Shown one piece after another: positions 22,524-33,500 of a DNA stretch of 64,000 bases. The position numbers and the translations under genes were made by a program. Origin of the DNA: Harriotta raleighana (taxonomy: Eukaryota); NCBI GenBank assembly GCA_050575255.1, contig JBNZDD010013664.1:3256016-3320015 (forward strand), written 5' to 3'. The notes beneath the pieces were generated by a model that was not told the origin of the DNA, searched no databases, and saw nothing but the letters and a program-made list of their open reading frames with translations. Position 1 is the first letter of the stretch; the number at the start of each line of letters is the position of its first letter.

Positions 22524-22938
22524 AATATAGTCTGGCTTGGTTCGAATGTAGAAAATTGGGCAGAACATCATATTGAAGCAGATTTGTTATGTAACCAATT
22601 AAATGGCTTGATATAACTTATTGTCATTAACCTGCAGAATAATTAAGTGACAGCTAAAATGGGAGGTCTTTTTAGAAAATAATAAATTGCGATATAGTAT
22701 ATTAGTTATTTGAGACGGAATGTGCTTGTATCTAAAGTTCACAAAGTTTATCAGTCTGCTGTAGACTGATCCATCCACAATTAATTGCTATCGACGTCTC
22801 CATTATTGTGGCATGACTACCAGGATAGTAGATGGTGGACTGGTCTTTTCTCGTCTAGCAGTTCCTATGGAGTGTGTTGCTGTTTTCAAGTCACAGAGAT
22901 GATTAAATGTGCACTGAATAGTTTTTTTTAATTTGCAG

Positions 22939-23042
22939 GCAAGTCAAAAGAAGTTGTTGATTAAGCAGGGTCTACTGGATAAGCATGGCAAACCGAATGG
23001 AAGCACTCCTGTATCATGGCAGAAGGACTATGTAGATTACAG
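22939..23042 (+). CDS. DKC1: DKC1 exon 12 ([34 protein letters not shown])
   Basis: AG/GT; in frame. Confidence 0.97.
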
Positions 23043-23796
23043 GTATTGACAGTTGTTGAGTGAACATAGTAATTAGTCATTTTAGACAAGTAAATGCTTG
23101 GAAGAAGTAGATAACTTTGGATCTAAAATTCCCAAATTTTTCCACTGTTTTCCACTGTATTAGACTAATCTATACAGAATGAATTGTGAATGGCATTCAT
23201 TCTAGAAATGGGGAATATTAGGGCGATTTTAATGCATATACGGTAATTCACTTTACCATATATTCTGTAAAGCATTTTGAGATGTCTCAAAGATGTGATA
23301 AGGTACCATTTCATAAGCACACATTATCATAAGTTACACTGCATGTGGGAGTATATGCAATTGACTTGTGGATTCTACATTTTCTGACAACAACTCTACT
23401 AACAAAGATTTCAGTGCGGCTAAGAACGTGTTTGTGAGGTAAATATTCAGATGCATTTATTCCCGTTTGGTTGGGCCTGTACCCTAAAATGCAAACTTTT
23501 GTTTTCTGTTTGCTCTTCATTTTAGTATAATAAATAATAATCCTTGCAGTTGATATAGTGCCTTATCATGTCTTCAAGACTTCTCAAACAGTTCACAGAA
23601 TATTCTGAAATATGGATTATTAATCCAATCTAAGGTATTTTGAGAGTGAGTGGATTGTAATTTTGCCTTGTTTGCCCTAGTTGCCATTTAGAGATTCTGG
23701 CAACCAATCCACCAGATTCTGGATGTATTTGGGGGCACAATAAGGGGAGATGTTTCTACAAAATAGCTGTTTAAACGCATGTTTTGTTTCCTCTAG

Positions 23797-23836
23797 TGGT
23801 GGAAGTAAGACTCCACAGATAACAGAGCAGGTTAAG
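23797..23836 (+). CDS. DKC1: DKC1 exon 13 (SGGSKTPQITEQVK)
   Basis: cctctAG / AAG|GTAAGC; 40 nt converts phase 2 to phase 0 as required. Confidence 0.85.
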
Positions 23837-23915
23837 GTAAGCAATCCTTGCTTAATTGGAAGCTCCCATGTGTAGGCTGTTCAGCTCCTCAAGTCTGTTC
23901 TGCATGTTATAAGAT

Positions 23916-24242
23916 AATAATAATAATCCTTGATTTGATATAGCGCTTTTCACATCTTATCAACGTCCCAAAGCGCTTCACAGAATATACTGTAACGTGA
24001 ATTGACTATATTTGTGGGCGGAATGCGGCAGCCAATTGCGCACAGCAGGGTCCCACAAACAGTCGTGGATTGAAATGACCAATTTTATTATTGTAGTTTT
24101 TTTTTGGAGGGATTATTATTAGGCATGTGGAGTAAGGAAACTTGCCCAAGGTTTTGCCCTGATCTGCCTGGATTCGAACACAGGTCTCATGCTTGTAAGG
24201 CATGTAAGGCGAGTGCTTTAACCACTGAGCCACAAGAGTTCC
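23916..24242 (-). mobile_element. full-length SINE, same family, in DKC1 intron 13
   Basis: reverse-complement match to 34759-35075 with (TAT)n tail. Confidence 0.88.
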
Positions 24243-24311
24243 ACAAGATCAGTTGCCTGCCCTTGTCCCATATACCATAATATGGTTATTTTATACTAAG
24301 CAGCATTGGGG

Positions 24312-24456
24312 GAAGTTATATCAAATAGCTATACCTCTCCATTCTGACTTGTGGCATTAGAGGGAGTCAGTTTGCAAAATTGGCAACAGTAGTTCTTATC
24401 CCAACCCAATGTGACTGTTGGATTCTGTATTTTTCCGACTATGACTTTAAACATAG
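24312..24456 (+). ncRNA. SNORA56: SNORA56-like H/ACA RNA in DKC1 intron 13
   Basis: 24321-24375 (CAAATAGCTATACCTCTCCATTCTGACTTGTGGCATTAGAGGGAGTCAGTTTGC) aligns with the recalled 5' hairpin of human SNORA56; ACAGTA 24386-24391; terminal ACA 24451-24453; 3' half divergent. Confidence 0.7.
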
Positions 24457-25433
24457 AGCCCAGGGAGGTTTAGAACAAGTGTGATGTAAATATTCAGTTA
24501 CCTTCATTTGTTTGGATGACCCCATATCCTTAAATACAAATATTTTATACTTTGCTCTTCATTTGTCTTAACATTGGTTGGTTGACTGGTCTATTTGCTG
24601 TTATTGAATTTTGGATTTTGGTCACCCTTGAGATGCAGTTATACAGTATGCTTTATGAATTGGTTTCATTGGATATGTCAGTAATATGTGCATTGAGAAA
24701 GATACAAACCTGCTAAGACATGAACACACTTCTACTTTCTGTCTGTCATTGAGTGTTTGTTTGATTTCTAAATCGATCTCAATTTTGAGGACAGTAATAC
24801 ACAAACCTTAGAGGTGTCTTAAAGAAAGCTAACTGAATTGGTAGCTTCTGAGACAAACTGTCGGGGAATATTTGCTCACTTGAGTTGATGCATCTTTTTC
24901 AACACTTGAGTTCAAGCATGGTGCAGTGCACATTTCTGATATGAAATTTCGCTAGATTTTGTCAAAAATAGGAACCTCTCACGTTGACGTTGCCTTTTAG
25001 GTAAAAGTTGTCAAAATACATTAAGTTTACAGCATTCTGTTACTTAATATTGGTGCATTAGTGCTGACTTTTCCACCCAAATTGCAATGCACCTGTAAAG
25101 TCGTTTGTCTGTGCAATCATACCCTCATTGTAGAGTTGTGCAGTTTAGAAAAATAATAATTCTGCACTGACACTTAAATTCTTCTCCACATTCACTCTGA
25201 TTAATGTTCATTGGTTTGTTGTGATAACAATAAATTGCATTTGAAAGCTCCTTTCACATTGGGAGGATGTCCCAAGGTGTTGGACAATCAATGTTTCAGA
25301 CCTGAGCTGAAATCAGGATTGGTTAGTTAGGAGGTTGCAGGGGTATGGTGGAGCGAGGCCATGTATGCCATTAATCTCTGATAATCTACAGTGGTCCGTA
25401 ACGTTTTTTTTGTTTTTTTTTCTCTCTCCACAG

Positions 25434-25583
25434 AGGAAAAGGGTGAGTGAAAGCGAGAGTGAGCCAGAAGTACCAACTACCCCAGTGACTCCCACATCTG
25501 TTCCACAAATCATTAAGAAAGAGAAAAAGAAGAAGGAAAAGAAGCAGAAGTTACTGGAGGGTGCAGAAGAGCCTTCAGAAAAG
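25434..25583 (+). CDS. DKC1: DKC1 exon 14 (RKRVSESESEPEVPTTPVTP...KKEKKKKEKK...)
   Basis: AG/GT; Lys-rich NLS/NoLS. Confidence 0.94.
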
Positions 25584-26011
25584 GTAATTAATGGTGGTGA
25601 TTCTTCAAATTGCTGCAGTCAGAGTTTCTAGAACAAGGTTTGGGTGAATTGAAAAGAAATTGATACCGTTGAACTCTAAACCTGAAAATGGTTTTAATTA
25701 GCTTGAATCTTGAATAACTATCCTATAGGTTATTAGACAAAAATTATGCATTAAAAATAAGATGTTATTAGGCATTAAATTATTTTAGCATTCAGCCCTT
25801 AATATATATACTTTTTTTTGTTTTGTTAAGCTTTGCATTCAACTTGCAGATTATTTGTGCTGCTCAGTAAACTGGCACACAATTAGGTGATTGTTAGCTT
25901 CGGGTTCCTCTGAGTGTCTGCCGCACACAGTATTTGTAGGGTGGAGGAATTAATGTGCACTATGGGGAGCTGTTTTGCTGTTCTGTTGACCTGTGATTTT
26001 TCTTTCTGCAG

Positions 26012-26137
26012 CAAGGGAGTGAAAGTGATTTAGTGTCGACTCCAGCAATCCCTGGATCGGATCCAGAATCGAGCAAGAAGAAGAAGAAAAAGAAGGCAGA
26101 AAAAACACTGGAGAGTGTAGGAGAGACAGAAGCTGGG
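26012..26137 (+). CDS. DKC1: DKC1 exon 15 (QGSESDLVSTPAIPGSDPESSKKKKKKKAEKTLESVGETEAG)
   Basis: tctgcAG / GGG|GTAGGT; 126 nt, phase 0-0, open, Lys tract. Confidence 0.85.
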
Positions 26138-26164
26138 GTAGGTCTCAAAGTGCTTCACAAGACA

Positions 26165-26631
26165 CAGTAAAACCTTGTTTATCCGGCACCCATGGGACCT
26201 GGCCAGCGGCAGTTAAACGGTTTTCCGGCCGAACAGATTTTAAAAAAAATTTTTTTAGAGAAAAAAGTAATTAAGTATTATTTTGACACACACCATATTA
26301 ATAATAAACTAAATAATAACAGAATATTGTATTAGTACTTTATTATTTATACTTAACTTCGCAATCATGGCCCGCATTCCACAGAGGAAAAAACGGCAGC
26401 AGCGACTCTTAAAAGGAGCAGGAGCGAATTTAGACCCAATTTGCGGCCAGCTGCGAGTACCTGCACCAATATCAGTACTTTATTATTTATACTGGTAATC
26501 GTGTGCGACAGTCAATTCTTTAAACACGTCATCACTATTTGCCAGATAACTTCCGGTTTGGGACTTTTTTTGAGATGGCGTTTGAACGGGTTTTCCGGTT
26601 CATCGAGTCATGGATAAACAAGGTTTTACTC
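26165..26631. mobile_element. second copy of the same MITE family, in DKC1 intron 15
   Basis: same TIRs and shared internal CCATATTAATAAT-ACTAAATAATAACAGAATATTGT segment. Confidence 0.8.
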
Positions 26632-26746
26632 TACATTGCAAAATGAATTGACTTTATATTTTGTGAGCGTGAGACATACGTACCATGTTTTTTTTCCTCT
26701 CTTGAGTGAGAATTTGAAGTGACACCGGTCAGTAATTTCCTTGCTC

Positions 26747-26888
26747 TGTCTGTCCATTACTGTGGCATTGACTTAATAGTATTTTGTCAGGAGCCCAGAA
26801 GGCTGTGGCCGCATGTTGCCGTGCAGTCAAGTGCAGGCCTAGTCCAAGCTAAGTGTTCATTGCTGCATTTTTTGGGCAGATAACAATT
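26747..26888 (+). ncRNA. candidate H/ACA-type hairpin in DKC1 intron 15
   Basis: 10-bp lower stem, internal pocket, 7-bp upper stem, ACA 26883-26885 exactly 15 nt from the upper stem. Confidence 0.55.
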
Positions 26889-27168
26889 GAAAGAGATACA
26901 AGTGCTGGGGCTTCAAGTATGGGAATTTGACCCAGGATTTGTTGAAAAAAGAACTTTGGTTCCCTTGACTAGTTAGATTTTAATCATGTTCAGTGGCTAC
27001 TGGACTTTACATAAGAATTCGCTATGTGGTAAGACCCAGGGTCCTCCTGTTTGCCTTCACCATCCTGGCAGTTGCATGACATGGTGTGTCCCAAACTATA
27101 TTTTGTATGACTACAGTGCCATGTGTTCTTGATTCCCCCCTAATACTAATGGCTTCACTCATTCACAG

Positions 27169-27219
27169 GAGGCTCCAAGCTCCAAGAAGAAGAAGAAGAA
27201 AAAAGATAAATCGGAGTAG
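27169..27219 (+). CDS. DKC1: DKC1 last exon (EAPSSKKKKKKKDKSE*)
   Basis: cacAG acceptor; TAG 27217-27219. Confidence 0.9.
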   Translation, partial: EAPSSKKKKKKKDKSE

Positions 27220-28445
27220 CTCCAAATCAGCTCAGTCTGTTTATAATCAAATGTAGACCAGGCGATGGAGGAACACTGCCGTTCAGTGAGGAACGAAAGC
27301 CGTAAAGAGCCAGACCAGTTTAAAGGGACAGTGAATTTGTGCTGTATTTGAAAGAATGACCTTCACATTTCAGACTCTAAATGAGCCTCTTATACCAGTG
27401 TTGCATTCACTACCCTGTTGTAAGGGTAGCAGTGAAGGGGGATGTTTCTCTGGTTGTGTTGATGTCCTGGAGGCAGTGGAGCATCACTCAATGAAGTGAG
27501 AGGTGGAGAGGACAGGAGAAGCTCTTATTTGGCACAGGGTGTCTGGGTAAAGCAACTGTCAGTATTTCATTGAACAAGGAGGAATCCTGTGCTCTCTACC
27601 ATATGATGACTCAGGAATCAAATTAGTGTCACTACTTACGATATCAATCCAGACTTCGGTTGAAATAGAGCAGAACTGAGGTCTATGCGGTGAACCATTG
27701 TTGATTGTCAAAGTGAATGCAATGATTCTGAGACTAAATTCAGTTGTGGTGCAGCACCCAGATAGCACAGTGTTTCATTCTGAATTTGTGAATGAGGAAA
27801 TTTGCTGCCACTCGGATAGATTTTAAACCGACCGCAAGTCTGAATTCTCTGTAGACTCCTTATCTGTTGTAAATTTCTTCATTGTGATCTAATGTTAAAG
27901 AGGATCACGGTTCTCCTTTTAAGAATAATCCCAAGAAACATGATGGTTTCTAACGGCTGTGTATGATGCCTCCCTTCTCCCTTCCACCTTCAATCAAAGC
28001 TGTAAGAATAGGAAACTGACGACAGGAATAAATATCCATTTCTTCAAGAGGTAGCATTTTGTATCCATCCATTCGCGCAATGGTTCATCCCGACAAATGT
28101 TGGGATGAGATTGCATACTTCATTCTGGTTGAAGTATTTTTCAATATTGTAAATATAGGTTGCTGTTGTGACTGTACATTGTGATAAGTCTTGGATACTA
28201 ACTTCAGTACCCACTGATGTGCAGAGGATTTGGGTAAAACAGTTTGAGCCAAGATGCACATTCAGGTTCATTGTACAGGCTAGGCTTGTATGTGGATCTT
28301 GTAATAAGCCAGTGTATTTTTTAATGAATAAATCAATTTTCTATTCATTTTGTTTTAGATTTTGATGTACTTTTTCTTGTGTTCTCCCAAGAGTCATTTC
28401 ATTTCAATGACAACAAATTGTGATGAATAAAGTTTTTTTTAGTGC
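27220..28445 (+). other. DKC1: DKC1 3' UTR with candidate poly(A) signals
   Basis: repeat-free sequence after the stop; AATAAA near 28027, 28327 and 28427 with T/GT-rich downstream sequence. Confidence 0.6.
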
Positions 28446-30841
28446 AGGTGGAATCTTCCTTCCTAAGTGGAGAGCTTCCATTTAAATGGGTTCAGCACCA
28501 AGTGATGTATATGCCTCTCCTGTAATAGTACAAGCAGAGACTGGAGGGAAAGAGAATTTGCTAAAAGCAAATCTCTAATAGTCTTTTTTAAAGTTTAATT
28601 TGCAGCTCACCAGTTGCTGTAAAAATCCTTTTCATATCAGGTCTCCTGGATACTCTTCACCTGGTGTGTACTGAGTTAGCTAATATGTTATAATTGTTTA
28701 TACTGAGAGGGGGAGTGGGAGATACGGTGTGAACACACATATTTGATTGTTACATAATAAGAAATCATCCTTGTGTTTGATACAGCGCTTTTTATATCTT
28801 CTAGTCTCAAGGCCTTTCACACAATATACTGTTCAGTGAATTGACTATTTGTGGGCCAAACGCGACAGCCAATTGCACACAGCAATGATGTGGAGTTATG
28901 AGTTTTGGATGTTAGCTGCTGATGTTGGTGGAAGTAGTTGAGCGGTTTTAGCCACAAGTGAATGCCTGTGTTTTACAATAATAATTTTTATCTTAACTGC
29001 TTGAGGGAGTCAATCATAAGGGTAAGGCTACCCGCATCCTTGATGGTTGAGTCAATGCTTTACATTCATTACAATTATTGTGTAAGTCTCTACCTCATGA
29101 TGCGATTCCACAAATAATTCACATTAATAGATGAGCTAAATACCAATTGCTCTGGCAAATATAAATATCTTGGCTGTGCTGGAAGTCAATTCCCTGAAAC
29201 CAATTTCTGCTGAGTAAATGAATGTTTGCCCCAAATAAATCAAAGGGATTTATGACTGATAGATAACTGCCAAAGAGGATCCTCTGCAGTGGCAGAGGTC
29301 TGCTTGTTTTTTGTTCTACTTGAATAGCAAGGAAGACACACAACTTAAATTGAATGGTTCCATTTACAGAAACTAGTCATTCGGATCAACTTGCCTGTGT
29401 TGGGGTTTATATTCCATATGAGCCTCCACCCTTTCTGATCTCTGTACTCTCCCTGTCCCCTCATGTATGCACCATGTTTTCTATAAATAAGTTGATGCTT
29501 TTTCTTAACATGAGCTTCCCCATCTCCCACAAGCAGCGGCTAAAACTGTTTAGTAAAGAGCTCACAACAGTAGCACAGTTCTCTAGGTATGTAAATGCCT
29601 TTATTCAGCTAACCAGTAAAACATTTAAAATGCAGGTGCGGTAAAGGGAGGAGGGGAACGAGTACAGAACATGTGCATTTATTTAATAGCATTGCACTGT
29701 CGAGAGACATCTTTCACGCTTAACATGGCACCTGTTCAAATTACTCTCCCTGTGTTGTAATCAAAGACTTCGAGTACCAAATAAATGGACTCGCGCCTTG
29801 TCTTTGAGATGAAAACCATAACTGTAAAATCACCCATTTTAGCAGATCGGGCATTTAAATAAGTACATGTTAGCACTGTACACAGAACCTACATAGTCTA
29901 GTGTCCTACACTGCACAATGGTGGATGGAAGGCACAGGTTGCACTGTGGGTTTCAGCCACCAGGGGGTGCTCTCCTGTGTAATAAGACATGCTGCCTTGC
30001 CTGCCTTTGTTCATTTAGTATGTAAGCTGCTGTAGTGATTGGACAAGCAGTGACGTGTTCAATAAAACCTTGGCCACCAACTTCGAGTGGTGCAATTGTA
30101 CTAAATAGCAAGCTGTGCAAATTACAGGGATAAATACAGGCAAGAACATGTGCAATATAGAAACACTTGTACGTCAGTATGTATTGCAAAGCAAGGAAAA
30201 CTTAGAAAATAATTTTTTGGGTGTGTGGCGGTGGGGGAAACATCCCTGATTAATATTGCGGCCAGGAGGAATGTGCTGGCTCACTAGTCATATCGGCGTG
30301 AGAGCCAGAGGTGGTTTCGCCACCCAGGAATGGCTATACACTGGGCCAGTCATGTGGGGTTGAGCGCATCGCAAAGCATTCCTCTACAAGAGCTGCCTGT
30401 GTGTGTGTGTGTGTTTGGGGATGGCTCAGAGCTGCCCAACTATACGAAAATGCTTAAAATGGTCGAAACATTTTCTCCCAAAATGCATATTTTTTAAAAG
30501 TGGACAATTTGAACAAGACTCAGGTGAACAGGGTGGTGTCAGCAGCACGGACGGTGAAAATATGACATCTCTGACATTAATTGAACACTTCCCACGTATT
30601 ATTTATTTATACGTTGTCAAAAATGTTGACTGTGTAAATTCAGCCTCATTCTTTATACAGAACGGAGTGTATCAATGGAATGAACTCCCAGAAACAGGCA
30701 AAATGTGAATATAGGTTAAAAACAGTGGGTGACGGACAGACACCAACCCAGTCTGTTGCCACACACACATTCTCTGAACGTGGGGGGATTATGTGGTTTC
30801 TTAAAAAGTATATTGTATCCATTCCAATATTAAAGATCTAT

Positions 30842-31018
30842 TTAGTAGACCCATGACACAGGCACCCACTGAGGCGTGGTACATGCACTCTCAATCGCTT
30901 CCACCAGCTTCTGCACTGTCTCTTCAACCTCATTGTTAACCAGCGTCAGGTCGAACCAGTGTCCGTAGGTGGTCTGCAGGAGATCTGATTCCTTTTGGAT
31001 TCTCTTGAGGGATTCAGA
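30842..31018 (-). CDS. MPP1: MPP1 last exon ([14 protein letters not shown]...[10 protein letters not shown])
   Basis: AG acceptor; TAA stop; MPP-family C-terminus. Confidence 0.97.
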   Translation of the reverse strand, partial: SESLKRIQKESDLLQTTYGHWFDLTLVNNEVEETVQKLVEAIESACTTPQWVPVSWVY

Positions 31019-31852
31019 CTGCAAAAGGAAAACCATTTGGATTAATGACTTTGTTGCTCGCTTCCACTGAAATTGTTCCGAGTGTTTTCTCCCTGTGATG
31101 TACTAATTAAACAGAAATCAATCATATATTTCCACTGGCAACATCTCAGCTGATGCTCATTAGGTATGGAATATGCACTTGATGAGGATCACGGTGGGCG
31201 GGGAGAAATGGAAGCTACTGCTTTCGGGGAAATCTTACTTTTACCCAATAGTCACCAGTGTTAGTAGAATGGGAAGAAAAATAAGCCTCAAAAAATCAAT
31301 TTGCCTAGGGTTGACAATAGTAAAGTCTGCTGTTCATAAATGTTTGGGGGTAGAAATTGGGATGATTTTCAGTGATGGAGACAGCAGGACTATTATCCCA
31401 CTAGTCATGAGCAGAGAACAACTGGGAAAGTTATCCACTCGCTTAATCCTTAAGCGAGTAGTAAGAATAATGATCCATGTATTTAATGTAACTCCTCATC
31501 ACTTTGTTGAGACATCTCAAAATGCTGTGCAGAATGTATTGTAGTTTGTGGGCGAAATGTAGCAGCCAAGTGAATACAGCAGTGTCTCACAAAAAGTTGT
31601 GGACTGAGTGACCAAACACTTTATTAATTTGTTTTGAGGAATTATTATCCTCAGAAAGCAATCCACCAATTGACTAAGAACAGGATTTCCTTACTACAGT
31701 ACAAGGTAACAGACATGTGGAGTAAGGAGGCATGCCTAAGTTTTCGTTTTGCTCCGGGAATCAAAGCCAGGTCCTCTCGCTTGCGAGGAGAGATACTACA
31801 GGTGATGGAATGCTCCAGTGATGAAGACTTGGGGCAGAGCAGATTCCCTTAC

Positions 31853-31933
31853 CTGATTGTTTGGCGTTGTAGAAGGAGCGGCAATGAATACAACCAACGA
31901 AGCAAACTCTGCTGTCCTGAGAATCTTCAGGGC
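31853..31933 (-). CDS. MPP1: MPP1 exon 11 (ALKILRTAEFASLVVFIAAPSTTPNNQ)
   Basis: AG/GT; in frame. Confidence 0.95.
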
Positions 31934-32305
31934 CTGTGAAGGAAGGACGCAGCTTAGTGTTATATTATACATACACACACGGCTAGTGCCTGGGAATGGA
32001 CAACATAGCATACGTGGACTTGGGGTCTGGGAAAGAAGCATCAATGTTTTTATATGTAAGATATAAAACACTTAAAATCACTATTTTGAAACAGATCAAC
32101 TTTCCAAATAGCAGCTGGTTTGCATGCAATGGCACATAGTAGAATGAGCAACAACTTGTATTTGTGTGACCTCTTCAAGCTATCTGGGATGCTACCCTGC
32201 ATGAAGGGAGGTATATAAATGTGTGTAGTTGTAGCTCTTTACATACAATTACATTCAACCCTGTTACTGCCCGGTTTCACTGGTTCTCCATCCCTCAGAG
32301 AACCA

Positions 32306-33500
32306 AGTACAAAACAACAACAAAATTACACCTGTATAGTGCCTTTCACGATGGGAGGATGTCCTAAAGCGCTGAACAGTCAGGTCGGGACCCGAGCAGA
32401 GGAGGAGGGTCAGGGATAGGGGGAGGGGGAAGGAAAGTGGGAGAGGGGGAAGAATCGGGGGAGCCGACGGTGCGGTTGAAGAGGAAGGTCTTGAGACCGG
32501 CCTTGAAGGAGGAAAGGGAGGAAACAAGGCAGAGGGACTGTGGGATGGAGTTCCATAGTGTGGGGGCAGAGAGGCTGAAAGCCCGGCTACCGATGGTTGG
32601 GCGATTAGAGTGGTGGATGCGGAGCAGGGCTGAGGCCGTATATGGCCTTGAAAGTGAGGACGAGGATCTTGAATTCGATCCTCTGGGGGATGGGGAGCCA
32701 GTGGAGACGGGCGAGGGTGGGAGTGATGTGGTCATGAAGCCTGGTGCGGGAGAGTACACGGGCTGCAGAATTCTGAATGATCTGCAGCCTGAAGGAAGGA
32801 GTTGGGAAGGCCGACAAGGAGAGAATTAATGTGGTCAAGCCTGGAGGTGATAAAGGCGTGATTGAGGGTTTTGGTGGCATGGGGGGGTGAGGTAGTGGCG
32901 ATATTGTGGAGTTAGTGGAAGGCGGATATGAGGGAGGAAGGACAGTTTGGGGTCAAACAAGAAGCCCAGATTCCTGACTGGCTTTGAGAGGTGTAGAGAG
33001 CAGTCTTGATTGCTGATGTTGTCAGCGCCTGAGGTGCAAAGGCACTGAAGTAAGCTAATCAGGAGAGCATCCGTCTTGTTGACGTTGAGTTGGAGGAAGT
33101 TGGTCCTCGTCCAGGACTCAATGTCGGTCAGACATGTAGTCAGAACGCCAGTAGACCTGGAGTAGAGGCAGGAGGCGGAAAGGTAGAGTTGGGTATCATC
33201 CACATACATGTGGAAATTTACCCCATGTCTGCGGATAATGTCGCCCAGGGGGAGCATATAGAGAGTGAAGAGCAGGGGGCCAAGGACAGAGCCCTAGGGA
33301 ATGCTGGATGTGACTGTGCGGGAGCTGGAGGAAAATCCGTTTGAAGATACAAAGTGAGGGCGGTGGGAGAGATATGATTGGAACCAGTCAAGGCCAGAGC
33401 CTTGAAGGTTGAGGAGGGAAGGAGAGACGGTGGAGGAGGATTGTGTGGTCGACGTGTCGAAGGTGGCGGATAGGTTGAGGAGGACGAGGAGGCAGAGGGT
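32306..33500 (-). mobile_element. L2-clade LINE fragment including the RT core
   Basis: [27 protein letters not shown] (YADD-type), LQIIQNSAARVL...LHWLPIPQRIEFKIL; frameshifted. Confidence 0.92.

Noticed and set aside
27406-27437. Hairpin in the DKC1 3' UTR (CTACCCT/AGGGTAG)
   Set aside because: Short, with no SECIS, IRE or ACA features; compatible with chance.
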